NCBI GenBank assembly: GCA_014584695.1
Contig: JACTMI010000004.1
Coordinates: 128,006 to 192,005, forward strand
DNA from: Acidobacteriota bacterium
GTDB lineage: Bacteria > Acidobacteriota > Thermoanaerobaculia > Multivoradales > JAGPDF01
Length of the DNA stretch: 64,000 nucleotides
Direction of reading: 5' to 3'
Below, piece by piece: positions 50,113 to 64,000 of the stretch (positions are counted from its first letter, which is position 1; the number at the start of each line of letters is the position of its first letter). The position numbers and the translations under genes are program-made. The notes under the pieces were generated by a model that saw only the letters and a program-made list of their open reading frames with translations, did not search any database and had not been told where the DNA came from.

Positions 50113-50933
50113 CGAGGCCTCCATTGGGGTGCGCGCTGCTCGATGAACGCGTCGAGGCCCTGCCGCGGGCTCTCGACCTCGACCAGCTCGCTGGTATCGA
50201 TCCGTTCGGCTTCGGCGGCGGCGCGGGCGCGGGCGGCGGCGACGAACTGGGCGAAGAGGCGGCGGTGCAGCTCGTGCGCCTGCAAGTTCTCGGGGTGCCA
50301 CTGCACCGCCCGCAGCCACCAGCGCGGATCGCTGCCGATGACCGCCTCGACCACCCCGTCCGGCGCCACCGCGACGACCTCGAGCCCGGGCGCCAAGCTC
50401 CGGATCGCCTGGTGGTGGCGGCTGTTGACCGCCGGCTCGCCCGCGCTCTCCGGTGCCCGGAGCAGCTCGTGGAGCTCGCTGCCGCCCGGCCGGACCCGCA
50501 CCGGGTGCGCGAGCGCGTCGAGCGGCTCGGGGATCGAGTGGCGGACGTCGCCCGGCCGCTCGCTCGGCAGGTCGTGCCAGAGGGTACCGCCGAGCGCGAC
50601 GTTCAGCATCTGCAGGCCGCGGCAAATGCCGAAGACGGGGGTCGCGGCGCGCCGGGCGCCCGCGAGCAGCGCCGCTTCGAGCTCGTCGCGGCCGGGGAAG
50701 TGCCGGTAGGTGATCCCCGTCCGAGGGGATTCGCCGTAGCGGCACGGCTCGATGTCGTCGCCGCCGGTCAGCAGCAGCCCGTCGGCCGCCGCCGCCAACC
50801 GGTCGAGGTCCGGCCGGCTGGCATCGGCGGGCGTCAGCACCCCACGCTCGCTCTCGGCGATGCCGGCGCCGGCGAGCGCAGTGAGATAGGGCTCGACGCG
50901 GGCGGGCCGCGAGCAGGAGACGAGAATCCTCAT
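50109..50933 (-). CDS. class I glutamine amidotransferase-like hydrolase (peptidase C26 / PuuD-like)
   Basis: GICRGLQMLNVALGG (nucleophile Cys elbow) and HH..I...PGLEVVAVAPDGVVEAV (His/Glu) motifs; 274 aa. Confidence 0.7.
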   Translation of the reverse strand: MRILVSCSRPARVEPYLTALAGAGIAESERGVLTPADASRPDLDRLAAAADGLLLTGGDDIEPCRYGESPRTGITYRHFPGRDELEAALLAGARRAATPVFGICRGLQMLNVALGGTLWHDLPSERPGDVRHSIPEPLDALAHPVRVRPGGSELHELLRAPESAGEPAVNSRHHQAIRSLAPGLEVVAVAPDGVVEAVIGSDPRWWLRAVQWHPENLQAHELHRRLFAQFVAAARARAAAEAERIDTSELVEVESPRQGLDAFIEQRAPQWRPR

Positions 50934-52123
50934 TCCGCCTCCGCGCGCTCGATCAGCGCGGCCAAGCCCATACCACCCGAGACGCAGAGGGTGGCGAGAC
51001 CCAAGCGCTGCCGCCGGGCGGCCAGACCATGGAGCAGCGTCACCAGGATCCGCGCGCCGCTGGCGCCGATCGGGTGGCCGAGCGCGATGGCGCCGCCGTC
51101 GGGGTTGATCCGCTCGTGGTCGAACGGCAGCTCGGCCAGGCAGGCCAGCACCTGGGAGGCGAAGGCCTCGTTGAGCTCGATCGATTCGATCGCCGCCGGG
51201 TCGACGCCGGTCCGGGCGAGGAGATTGCTGGTCGCCGGCACCGGACCGATCCCCATGATCCGCGGCGCGACGCCGACCACCTCCCAGTCGAGCAGGTAGC
51301 CGGCGGGGGTGAGGCCGAGCCGGCCGGCGGCCGCTTCGGAGGCGACCAGCAGGGCCGCGGCGCCGTCGGTGATGCCCGAGGCGTTGCCGGCGGTGACGGT
51401 GCCGCCGTCGCGGAAGACCGCCGGCATGCGCGCGAGCGAGTCGACGGTCACGCCGTCGCGCGGATGCTCGTCGCGGTCGATCCGGACCTCGCCCCCCCGG
51501 CCCGGCACCGGCACGGGAGCGATCTCGGCCGTGAACCGGTCCCGCCCGCGCGCGGCCTCGCAGCGCCGCTGGCTCTCCGCCGCCCAGGCGTCGGCGGCGG
51601 CGCGCGAGATCCCACGCTCGCTCGCCAGCTCCTCGGCGGTCTCGCCCATGATCAGCCCGGAGAGCGGATCGGCGAAGCCGTCGCGGTACATGCCGTCGAC
51701 GATCTCGGCGTGCCCGAGCCGCTGGCCCCAGCGGGCGCGGGGGAGCAGGTGGGGCGTGTTCGACATGCTCTCGGTGCCGCCGGCCAAAACGACTTCGGCC
51801 TCGCCCGTGAGGATGGTCCGCGCCGCCGAGAGGACCGCCTGGAGCCCCGAGCCGCAAGCCTGGTTGATGGCGTAGGCGGGCCGCTCCTGGGGCACGCCGG
51901 CGCGCCAGGCGATCTGGCGCGCCGAATTCGGTCCCCCGCCGGCCTGGCGGGCGTGACCGAAGAGGACCTGGTCCACCCGCTCGGGCGCCAGCCGGGCCCG
52001 CTCCAGGCAAGCCTGGGCCGCGGCGACGCCGAGGTCGACCGCGGAGAGCGGAGCGAGCGCCCCGCCGAACTTGCCGATCGGCGTGCGCACCGGCGCCGCT
52101 AAGACCAGGCGGGGGCGCGGCAT
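50930..52123 (-). CDS. acetyl-CoA C-acyltransferase (thiolase II)
   Basis: NQACGSGLQAV (active Cys), GHPIGASGARI, CVSGGMGLAALIE; 397 aa. Confidence 0.85.
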   Translation of the reverse strand: MPRPRLVLAAPVRTPIGKFGGALAPLSAVDLGVAAAQACLERARLAPERVDQVLFGHARQAGGGPNSARQIAWRAGVPQERPAYAINQACGSGLQAVLSAARTILTGEAEVVLAGGTESMSNTPHLLPRARWGQRLGHAEIVDGMYRDGFADPLSGLIMGETAEELASERGISRAAADAWAAESQRRCEAARGRDRFTAEIAPVPVPGRGGEVRIDRDEHPRDGVTVDSLARMPAVFRDGGTVTAGNASGITDGAAALLVASEAAAGRLGLTPAGYLLDWEVVGVAPRIMGIGPVPATSNLLARTGVDPAAIESIELNEAFASQVLACLAELPFDHERINPDGGAIALGHPIGASGARILVTLLHGLAARRQRLGLATLCVSGGMGLAALIERAEAE

Positions 52124-52131
52124 CCCGGCGC

Positions 52132-52953
52132 TCAGCGGGCGGTGAAGGCGGGCTGCCGCTTCTCGACGTAGGCGGCCAGCCCCTCCTTGGCGTCGTCGCT
52201 CTGGAACAGCTGCTGTTGTAGCTCCCGCTCCAGGGTGAGCGCCGACTCGAACGGAATCTCGGCGCCGGACTGCACCGAGCGCTTGATCCGGCCGACCGCG
52301 CGCGCCGCCTTGGCGGGCGGACAGAACTGCCGGGCGTAGGCCTGGATCTGCTCGCGGAAAGCCTCCGGCGTCTCCGCGGCGAAGACCTCGTCGACGATGC
52401 CCAGGGCCCTGGCCTCTTCGATCCCGAACAGCCGGCCGGTGACCATCAGCTCGATCGCCCGCGACTTGCCGACGATGCGCACCAGCCGTTGGGTGCCGCC
52501 GGTGCCCGGGAGCACCCCCAGGGAGACCTCGGGCAGGCCGAACTTGGCCGGGCCCTGCCGCGCGATGCGCAGATCGGCGGCCATGGCGATCTCGAGGCCG
52601 CCGCCGACGGTGTTGCCGTTGAGCGCCGCGAGGACCAGCTTCGGCGTCTGCTCGAGGCGCGACAGCGTCTCGTTGGCGTGCAGGCAGAAGTAGTACTTGA
52701 AGGTCGGGTCCGAGGTCTTCAGCATGTTGATGTTGGCGCCGGCGCAGAACATCTTCTCGCCGGTGCCGGTGAGGACCAGGACGTGCACGGCGGTGTCGAA
52801 GCGCGCCTTCAGGATGGCGTCGTCGAGTTGCCGCATCATCTCGTGGGTGTAGGTGTTGGCCGGCGGGTCGTCCAGGGTCAGCCAGGCGACCCCGTCGCGG
52901 ACTTCGTAGTGGACCAGGGTGCGCGGCGCATTCTCGGCGGCGTTGTGCGACAT
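52132..52953 (-). CDS. enoyl-CoA hydratase (crotonase)
   Basis: GTGEKMFCAGANI and ALNGNTVGGGLEIAMAADLRIA motifs; first gene of the minus-strand operon. Confidence 0.8.
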   Translation of the reverse strand: MSHNAAENAPRTLVHYEVRDGVAWLTLDDPPANTYTHEMMRQLDDAILKARFDTAVHVLVLTGTGEKMFCAGANINMLKTSDPTFKYYFCLHANETLSRLEQTPKLVLAALNGNTVGGGLEIAMAADLRIARQGPAKFGLPEVSLGVLPGTGGTQRLVRIVGKSRAIELMVTGRLFGIEEARALGIVDEVFAAETPEAFREQIQAYARQFCPPAKAARAVGRIKRSVQSGAEIPFESALTLERELQQQLFQSDDAKEGLAAYVEKRQPAFTAR

Positions 52954-53060
52954 ACCAATTCCTCCAGGGATCGAGGGGTGGCCGGAGGCGGGATCCGGCC
53001 GGTCCGGACTTCGGTGGCCGGGATTCTTTCACGGCCCCGGACGGGGCGTCCAACCTCGCC

Positions 53061-53090
53061 TTGACCCCTTGCGGAGAGCCCTCCTACAAT
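53061..53090 (+). promoter_or_regulatory. near-consensus sigma-70 promoter TTGACC-N18-TACAAT
   Basis: -35 ttgacc and -10 tacaat 18 nt apart, about 20 nt upstream of ATG 53111; the predicted leader is very short. Confidence 0.5.
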
Positions 53091-53110
53091 GCCGCGATCG
53101 AGATTCCCGA

Positions 53111-53893
53111 ATGATCACGGGGTACAACACCGACGTCCGCCACGGGGACATCGTCCTGCACGTGCAGACGGAGGACAAGGGCGTCGAGAATCCGTTCATC
53201 GAGAGCGTGATCTACGTCCGCGGCCAGGTGCTGGCCGCGAAGCGCTCCGCCTACGCCAAGCTGCTCGACGAAGGCAAGGGCGAGCGCGACATCGCCTCCC
53301 TGATGGAGCACCAGCATCGCACCATCCTGGCGGCGATCAAGGCCGGCCGCTTCGACGTCCGGATCGAGCAGGCGGTCGGGTCCCGTGACGGTGAGAAGCT
53401 CGCCGAGGCCGGGACGCTGCTGCGCCCGCCGCCGCTCGCTGGGCCGAGTGAGGACGAAGGCGACGGCGCGGAGGCCCCGATCCCGGCCGGCACCCGCCGG
53501 ATCGAGGGCGCGGCGGAGCTCGCCGCGGCGGCCCAGCTCGACGATGGCCCCTCGCTCGACCAGGTCATTCTCGAGTATCTGTCGACCGAAGCGGAGCTCG
53601 AGCAGCTCGTGCTGACCCTCGACGGGCAGGAGGAGATCCAGCCCGGCCGGGTGAATCACCTCACCCTGCGCGCTTTCTCCTCGAAGACCGGCCTGCCGAT
53701 CGCCGGCGTCCTCGTCTCGATCCGGATGCTGTCGACGGTGGCCGACCCGCGGACGCTGCTCGCGGCCGAGACCGACGATCTCGGCACCATCGAGCTCCAG
53801 CTCGAGGTCCCCCCGTACGACCGCGGCTCCGCCGCGCTCATCATCTCCGGCTCCTCCGACCTCGGCCGAGCGGAGATCAAGCAACTCCTCTGA
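53111..53893 (+). CDS. hypothetical protein (260 aa) with an acidic Pro/Ala/Glu-rich central linker
   Basis: Long ORF with plausible codon usage; bracketed by a strong promoter and a REP element; N-terminal MITGYNTDVRHGDIVLHVQTEDKG...; no motif recognised. Confidence 0.5.
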   Translation: MITGYNTDVRHGDIVLHVQTEDKGVENPFIESVIYVRGQVLAAKRSAYAKLLDEGKGERDIASLMEHQHRTILAAIKAGRFDVRIEQAVGSRDGEKLAEAGTLLRPPPLAGPSEDEGDGAEAPIPAGTRRIEGAAELAAAAQLDDGPSLDQVILEYLSTEAELEQLVLTLDGQEEIQPGRVNHLTLRAFSSKTGLPIAGVLVSIRMLSTVADPRTLLAAETDDLGTIELQLEVPPYDRGSAALIISGSSDLGRAEIKQLL

Positions 53894-53913
53894 TCGCCCA
53901 GCATGGAAGTGTA

Positions 53914-54051
53914 GGAGCGAGCCGCCAGGCTCGCGACCGCGGAGGAGTGAGACTGAAGCCAGCGGAGCGAGCCGCCAGGCTCGCGACCGCGGAGGGGTGA
54001 GGCCAGCGGATTCACTCCGCTGGCCGAGGGGAGGGCGCGTGCCCTCCCCTG
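53914..54051. repeat. REP-like dispersed repeat, copy 2
   Basis: Same hairpin architecture as 4925-5095; generates look-alike spurious antisense ORFs (53084..54061 - and 4723..5103 - share GEGTRPPLGQRSESAGLT.PRSRAWRLAPLAS). Confidence 0.6.
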
Positions 54052-54075
54052 TGGAATGCAACTCTTCTGAGGCAC

Positions 54076-54104
54076 TTGTCTCGTCGGTCGCGGTTGGGTA
54101 GACT
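54076..54104 (+). promoter_or_regulatory. candidate sigma-70 promoter for the tRNA genes (TTGTCT-N17-TAGACT)
   Basis: 17-nt spacing; the -10 lies about 14 nt before the mature tRNA 5' end. Confidence 0.3.
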
Positions 54105-54117
54105 TTCTCTTCGTCGT

Positions 54118-54193
54118 GGGCCGCTAGCTCAATTGGTAGAGCAGCAGACTCTTAATCTGCGGGTTGTAGGTTCGATTCCTACGCGGCTCACCA
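54118..54193 (+). tRNA. tRNA-Lys (anticodon CTT), CCA encoded
   Basis: 76 nt; clover-leaf folds by hand: acceptor gggccgc/gcggctc, anticodon stem gcaga/tctgc, loop cTCTTaa, T-loop ttcgatt. Confidence 0.9.
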
Positions 54194-54266
54194 ACCCTCC
54201 CCCCTCTCGAAGCCCCTCCGGCAGGCGCCGGGGCGATGCAAGCTCCCGCCGCGCGGGGCGCGATCG

Positions 54267-54357
<91 letters not shown>

Positions 54358-54380
54358 ACCTACTCCGAGGTCCTCCCCTG

Positions 54381-55649
54381 ATGAGCGTCGTCCTCGCCGT
54401 CGAAGAGATCGGCCCCTGCCGCAAGCAGCTGAAGATCGAGGTTCCGGGTCCGGCCGTCGAGGCCGAAACCGATCGGGTCACCCGGGAGTTCGGCAAGAAG
54501 GCCAAGCTGCCGGGCTTCCGCAAGGGCAAGGTGCCGGAGTCCCTGGTCCGGCGCCACTTCGGACCCGACATCCGGCAGGAGGTGCTCGAGCGCCTGGTGC
54601 CGCGCTACTGGCGGCAGGCGGCGGCGGAGAAGGGGATCGAACCGCTGATGCCGCCCGAAGTGCGCGATGTCCATTTCCACGAGGGCGAGCCCATCACCTT
54701 CTCGGCCACGGTCGAGGTCCGGCCCGAGATCGAGCTGCGCAACTACCAGGACTTCGCCCTGCCCACCCCGCCGGTCGAGCCGACCGCCGAGGAGATCGCC
54801 GGTGCCTTGGCCGATTTGCGCCGCAACCACGCCGACTGGGAGCCGGCGGGTCGGGGGGCGGCCACCGGGGACCGGGTGCGCATCGAAATCGCCGAGCTCG
54901 GCCCCGACGGGCCCGGAGCGGCCAACGCCGCCGAGCTCGAGGTCGGCAATGCGCGCTACTGGGACGAGCTGTCGGCCGCCGTCACCGGGCTCGCCGCCGG
55001 CCAGAACGGCAGCTTCACCCGCCGCGAAGGCGACGGCGAGGCGGCGAGCGAGAAGAGCTACCAGGTGCGCATCGTCGACGTCCTGGCGCCGAAGCTGCCC
55101 GAGCTCGACGACGAGCTGGCGCGCCGTTTCGGGCGCTACCAGTCGGCCGCGGAGCTCGAGGCCGACGTCGTCCGCCGAATCCGGTCCGCCAAGGAGCAAG
55201 GGGCGCGCCAGCAGCGCGAGACCGCGCTGCTCGACCAGTTGACGGAGCGCCACCCGATCGAGCTGCCCGAGGGCGTCGTGCGCCACGAGGTCGAAGAGCT
55301 GCTGCGCGACTACGCCGAAGGGCTGTCGCGCCAGGGCGTCGACCTCGAGCGGGCGCAGATCGACTGGCAGAAGATGGGCGAGGAGGCGCGCCCGCACGCC
55401 GAGCGCCGGGTCAAGGCGCGGCTGCTGCTCGACGCCATCGCCGACCGGGAGCAGGTCGAGGTCACCGAGCCGGAGTTCGAGCACTCGCTGGCGCTCTTGG
55501 CGCGAACTCAGGGGGTGGCGACCCACGCCCTGCGCCACAAGCTCGACGAGACCGGACAGCTGGCGGGGCTTCGGGGCAGAATGAGGCGCGAGAAGCTGCT
55601 GCGCCGGCTGCTGGGGGAGGGCCCGCCGGGAGCCGGCGAGGCGAAGTGA
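54381..55649 (+). CDS. tig: trigger factor
   Basis: 422 aa; N-terminal ribosome-binding region with the GFRKGKVP signature; conserved position upstream of clpP-clpX. Confidence 0.9.
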   Translation: MSVVLAVEEIGPCRKQLKIEVPGPAVEAETDRVTREFGKKAKLPGFRKGKVPESLVRRHFGPDIRQEVLERLVPRYWRQAAAEKGIEPLMPPEVRDVHFHEGEPITFSATVEVRPEIELRNYQDFALPTPPVEPTAEEIAGALADLRRNHADWEPAGRGAATGDRVRIEIAELGPDGPGAANAAELEVGNARYWDELSAAVTGLAAGQNGSFTRREGDGEAASEKSYQVRIVDVLAPKLPELDDELARRFGRYQSAAELEADVVRRIRSAKEQGARQQRETALLDQLTERHPIELPEGVVRHEVEELLRDYAEGLSRQGVDLERAQIDWQKMGEEARPHAERRVKARLLLDAIADREQVEVTEPEFEHSLALLARTQGVATHALRHKLDETGQLAGLRGRMRREKLLRRLLGEGPPGAGEAK

Positions 55650-55668
55650 CCGCAGAGGAGAGAGAAGC

Positions 55669-56256
55669 ATGCTGATTCCGATGGTCGTCGAGCAAACCAA
55701 CCGGGGCGAGCGGGCCTACGACATCTACTCCCGCCTGCTCAAGGACAACATCATCTTCCTCGGCCGGCCGATCGACGACGAGGTGGCGAGCCTGGTGATC
55801 GCGCAGATGCTCTTCCTGGAGGCGGAAAACCCGGAGCGCGACATCCATCTCTACATCAACTCGCCGGGCGGCTCGGTCACCGCCGGCCTCGCCGTCTACG
55901 ACACCATGCAGTACATCAAGCCGGACGTCGCGACGCTCTGCGTCGGGCAGGCCGCCTCCATGGCCGCGGTGCTGCTCGCCTCCGGCCGAACCGGCAAGCG
56001 GACCGTGCTGCCCAACAGCCGGGTGCTGATCCACCAGCCCTGGACCTCCGGCATGGGGGGGCAGGCCACCGACATCGAGATCCACGCCCGGGAGCTCTTG
56101 AAGCTGCGGGACAAGATCGACGAGATCCTGGCCTTTCACACCGGCAAGCCCAAGGACCAGGTCCACTTGGACACCGAGCGCGACAAGATCCTCTCGGCCG
56201 AGGAGGCGGTCGCCTACGGCCTGGTCGACCAGGTGATGGAACGCCGCAAGTCCTGA
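55669..56256 (+). CDS. clpP: ATP-dependent Clp protease proteolytic subunit
   Basis: Ser-His-Asp triad context ([15 protein letters not shown]); 195 aa. Confidence 0.95.
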   Translation: MLIPMVVEQTNRGERAYDIYSRLLKDNIIFLGRPIDDEVASLVIAQMLFLEAENPERDIHLYINSPGGSVTAGLAVYDTMQYIKPDVATLCVGQAASMAAVLLASGRTGKRTVLPNSRVLIHQPWTSGMGGQATDIEIHARELLKLRDKIDEILAFHTGKPKDQVHLDTERDKILSAEEAVAYGLVDQVMERRKS

Positions 56257-56476
56257 GCCTCCCGTCTGTTAGAATTCGAGGGCGAGGTCGGACGGCGGCG
56301 GGAGCCGAGCGGGCGGCGCCGCGCCCGGGGGTATTGCACCCCGGCGGCGGAATAGGCACGCTCGCGGCGGGCGTTCTCCGCTGTGAGGGCCGGGGGTCCA
56401 ATCGGGCTGGGCGCCGGGCACGAGCCCGCGAGGCAACCGGCCGGCCGGGCGGCGCGTAGGGAAGGATGGAGGAGAG

Positions 56477-57715
<1,239 letters not shown>

Positions 57716-57717
57716 GC

Positions 57718-60150
<2,433 letters not shown>

Positions 60151-60288
60151 CGCTCCGCTGCGGAGAGCCGGCCGGACCCGAAACATCGCCGGCAACGGTT
60201 CCCAGTCCGACAACCGAGGTTCGAGCTTCAGATAGCCGCTCGCGCGGGCTCCGCGATTCCAGGTAGCGCGGAGCGTCGCCAGGAACCG

Positions 60289-60894
60289 ATGCTGAGGATC
60301 GAGAGGGCCGAATTCGCGCGCGCCTGCGGGAGCGACGCGGAACTGATCGACGACGGAGCGCCCGAGATCGCCTTCGCCGGGCGCTCGAACGTCGGCAAGT
60401 CGAGCCTGCTGAATCGTCTCCTCGGCACGAAGCTGGCAAGGACCAGCTCGACGCCGGGCCGGACGCAGACGGTCAACTACTTCCGGATCAACCGGAAGCT
60501 CTGGTTCGTGGACCTCCCGGGCTATGGCTACGCGAAGGTCGCGAAGTCGGACCGGGAGCGGTGGGCGAAGGTGGTCGGCGCCTATCTGGCGCGGCATCCG
60601 GGCCGGCGGTTGTTGGTGCAGCTGGTCGACGCCAAGGTGGGCGCCACCGCGTTGGACGTCCAGGCGGCGGAGTACTTCGCCGGACTGGGCTCGCCGTGGC
60701 TGGTGGTCGCCACCAAGTACGACCAGCTGAAGCGCGGCGCAAGGCAGCGGGCGCTCGCGGAGATCCGCGACGCGCTCGGCCTCGGGGACGAGACGGCTCT
60801 CGTCCCGGTCTCGGCGGTCTCAGGGGAGGGTGTTCGTGAACTCTGGAAATCAATCGCAGACTTTCTCGCGGGGCAGGTCCCGGCGGAACCGTAG
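60289..60894 (+). CDS. engB: ribosome-biogenesis GTPase YihA/EngB
   Basis: [13 protein letters not shown]1 motif; DLPGYG; 201 aa. Confidence 0.85.
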   Translation: MLRIERAEFARACGSDAELIDDGAPEIAFAGRSNVGKSSLLNRLLGTKLARTSSTPGRTQTVNYFRINRKLWFVDLPGYGYAKVAKSDRERWAKVVGAYLARHPGRRLLVQLVDAKVGATALDVQAAEYFAGLGSPWLVVATKYDQLKRGARQRALAEIRDALGLGDETALVPVSAVSGEGVRELWKSIADFLAGQVPAEP

Positions 60895-60910
60895 AAGAGG
60901 AAAACCGAAC

Positions 60911-62275
<1,365 letters not shown>

Positions 62276-62298
62276 GACGGCGGGGAGCGAGCGCCGCC

Positions 62299-63117
62299 AT
62301 GACGGAGCCGCCCGGGCCGCTGCGCGTCGGCATCGTCCACTACGTCAACAGCCGGCCGCTCGCGCGCGGCCTGATCGGCGGTGGCGGCCGGCCGCGGCTG
62401 CTCTGCGAGCGGCTGGCGCCGGCGGCGATCGCCGACCGGCTGGCCGCCGGCACGCTCGACGTCGGCCTGCTGCCCTCGATCGAGCTCGCCCGCATCTCCG
62501 ATCTCGCCGTCCTGCCGGGGCTGGCGATCGCCGCCACGCACGAGGTCCGGAGCGTGCTGCTGGTGTCGCAGGTGCCGGTGCGCGAGATTCGCTCGGTGGC
62601 GCTCGACGAGAACAGCCGCACCTCGGCGGCCCTCGTCCGCTTGCTGCTCGCCGACCGCTACGGCCTGACGCCAGCGACCCGGCCGGCCGCGGCCGACCTC
62701 GACGCGATGCTCGCGACCGCGGACGCGGCGCTGCTGATCGGCGACCCGGCGCTGGCGGTGCCGCGCGAGCGTTTCGTCGTCCTCGATCTCGCCGGCGAGT
62801 GGCTGGAGGAGACCGGGCTGCCGTTCGTCTTCGCGGTCTGGGCGGCGCGCGCCGAGGTCGCCGACCGGGTGCCGGTCGAGCGCTTCCGCGCGAGCCTCGA
62901 AGCGGGGCTCGGAGAGCTCGACGCGATCGTCGCCGAGACCGCGGCCGAGACCGGCCTGGCGCCGGCGGTGCTGCACGACTACTACACCCGCAACTTGTCC
63001 TACCGGATGGACGCCGCGGCGCAGGCGGGGCTCGCCGAGTTCCTGGCGCGCGCCCGCGCCCGCGGCCTCGCCCCCGCCGGGCCGCCGCTGCGCTTTCTGG
63101 CCGCGGCGCGCGTCTGA
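62299..63117 (+). CDS. mqnA: chorismate dehydratase MqnA-like (futalosine menaquinone pathway)
   Basis: [15 protein letters not shown]-terminal signature of the MqnA/MqnD periplasmic-binding-like fold; 272 aa. Confidence 0.65.
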   Translation: MTEPPGPLRVGIVHYVNSRPLARGLIGGGGRPRLLCERLAPAAIADRLAAGTLDVGLLPSIELARISDLAVLPGLAIAATHEVRSVLLVSQVPVREIRSVALDENSRTSAALVRLLLADRYGLTPATRPAAADLDAMLATADAALLIGDPALAVPRERFVVLDLAGEWLEETGLPFVFAVWAARAEVADRVPVERFRASLEAGLGELDAIVAETAAETGLAPAVLHDYYTRNLSYRMDAAAQAGLAEFLARARARGLAPAGPPLRFLAAARV

Positions 63118-63146
63118 CCGGAATGCTCCGGAGCGCCGCGACGCCG

Positions 63147-64000
63147 ATGCCACGACCCTCGTCCTCGCTCTGCGTTCTGGCGCTCGCCGCCGCGCTCGCC
63201 GGCTGCGCCTCGGCCGGGCCGGGCACCGCCCCGGTCGCCGCGGGCGAGCGGCCAGCGCTCTGGCCGCGGCCGCTGGCGCCGGGCGACACGATCATGTTCG
63301 TCGCGCCGGCGGGCGAGCTCGACCGCGAGCGGATGCTGCGCGCCCAGGCGCGGCTCGAAGCACGCGGCTATCGGGTGGTGATGCGCGACGATCTGTTCGC
63401 CGTCGAGGGCTATCTCGCCGGCGGCGACGAGCGCCGGGCCGAGGAGCTGATGCAGGCCTTTCTCGACCCGGAGGTCGACGCGATCTTCCCGGGCACCGGC
63501 GGCTACGGCACGATGCGGATTCTCGACCGGCTCGATTACGAGGCGATCCGCGCGCATCCGAAGACGGTCATCGGTTTCAGCGACATCACCGCGCTCCACG
63601 CCGCGCTCGACCGCCGCGCCGGCCTGGTCACCTTCCACTCGCCGAGCCCGATGTATCTGCTGGGCGGCGAGGAGGAGGCGGCGGCGTTCAGCGTCGACGG
63701 CTTCTTCCGCGCGATCGAGCGGGGGAGCGCGGGGGGCTACGAAGTCGAGGTCCCGGCGGAGGAGGGAATGCCGCGGCCGGCGGCGCTCGGCCGCGGGCGG
63801 GCCCGCGGCCGGCTGGTGGGGGGCAACCTGTCGATGCTCTCGGCGCTCGAGGGGACACCCTACGCGATCGACACGCGCGACGCGATCCTGCTGCTCGAGG
63901 ACGTGCGCGAAGCGCCCTACCGGATCGACCGGATGCTGCGCCAGCTCCAGCTCGCCGGCAAGCTCGCGACCTTGCGCGGCGCGATCCTCGGCCAGTTCAC
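63147..64000 (+). CDS. LD-carboxypeptidase (peptidase S66, LdcA-like) lipoprotein, 3' end outside the window
   Basis: Lipobox LAGCAS; GFSDITALH (nucleophile Ser) and [15 protein letters not shown] motifs; the open frame runs to the window end. Confidence 0.6.
   Translation, partial: MPRPSSSLCVLALAAALAGCASAGPGTAPVAAGERPALWPRPLAPGDTIMFVAPAGELDRERMLRAQARLEARGYRVVMRDDLFAVEGYLAGGDERRAEELMQAFLDPEVDAIFPGTGGYGTMRILDRLDYEAIRAHPKTVIGFSDITALHAALDRRAGLVTFHSPSPMYLLGGEEEAAAFSVDGFFRAIERGSAGGYEVEVPAEEGMPRPAALGRGRARGRLVGGNLSMLSALEGTPYAIDTRDAILLLEDVREAPYRIDRMLRQLQLAGKLATLRGAILGQF

Noticed and set aside
60151-60288. Short hairpin (ctccg-ctg-cggag) immediately after lon as a terminator
   Set aside because: 5-bp stem without a T-tract; too weak to call.

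Overview
Very high-G+C bacterial chromosomal segment, probably from a chromosome. Gene content (VWFA-related 'Acidobacterial' domain proteins, many CarboxypepD_reg/TonB-receptor-like outer-membrane proteins, TPR lipoproteins) suggests an Acidobacteria-like organism, but this is inference. The two ends of the window are housekeeping. At the 5' end: obg-nadD-rsfS, mscL, a redox/two-component operon, an acyl-CoA degradation cluster and pfk. At the 3' end: tRNA-Lys/tRNA-Leu-tig-clpP-clpX-lon, engB, rho, mqnA and an LD-carboxypeptidase. The centre (about 17.9-53.9 kb) looks accessory. It holds a 1381-aa secreted CarboxypepD_reg repeat protein, an aromatic acyl-CoA monooxygenase/reductase fusion with thioesterase and exporter, and a divergently organised envelope island. 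That island carries a transglutaminase-TPR lipoprotein plus two VWFA paralogs on one side. On the other side it carries two tandem TonB-receptor-like OMP paralogs (both frame-disrupted at homologous positions), a TPR protein, and three translationally coupled sulfatase-fold/TPR lipoproteins. After these come a benzoate-CoA-ligase-like gene, a 287-bp nested inverted-repeat element, and a beta-oxidation/GATase/arginine-deiminase-like operon. The most unusual unit is a six-gene minus-strand operon. It encodes a membrane-anchored GcvH-like protein, an FeS protein, an NrfD-like membrane subunit, a heme-c (CxxCH) sensor kinase, a sigma-54 response regulator and an archaemetzincin. A dispersed REP-like multi-hairpin repeat occurs at two loci. 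No CRISPR, transposase, integrase or recognisable defence genes were seen. Most long antisense ORFs in the track are high-GC artefacts. Feature coordinates are taken from the ORF track; positions I counted by hand are accurate to about 1-2 nt.
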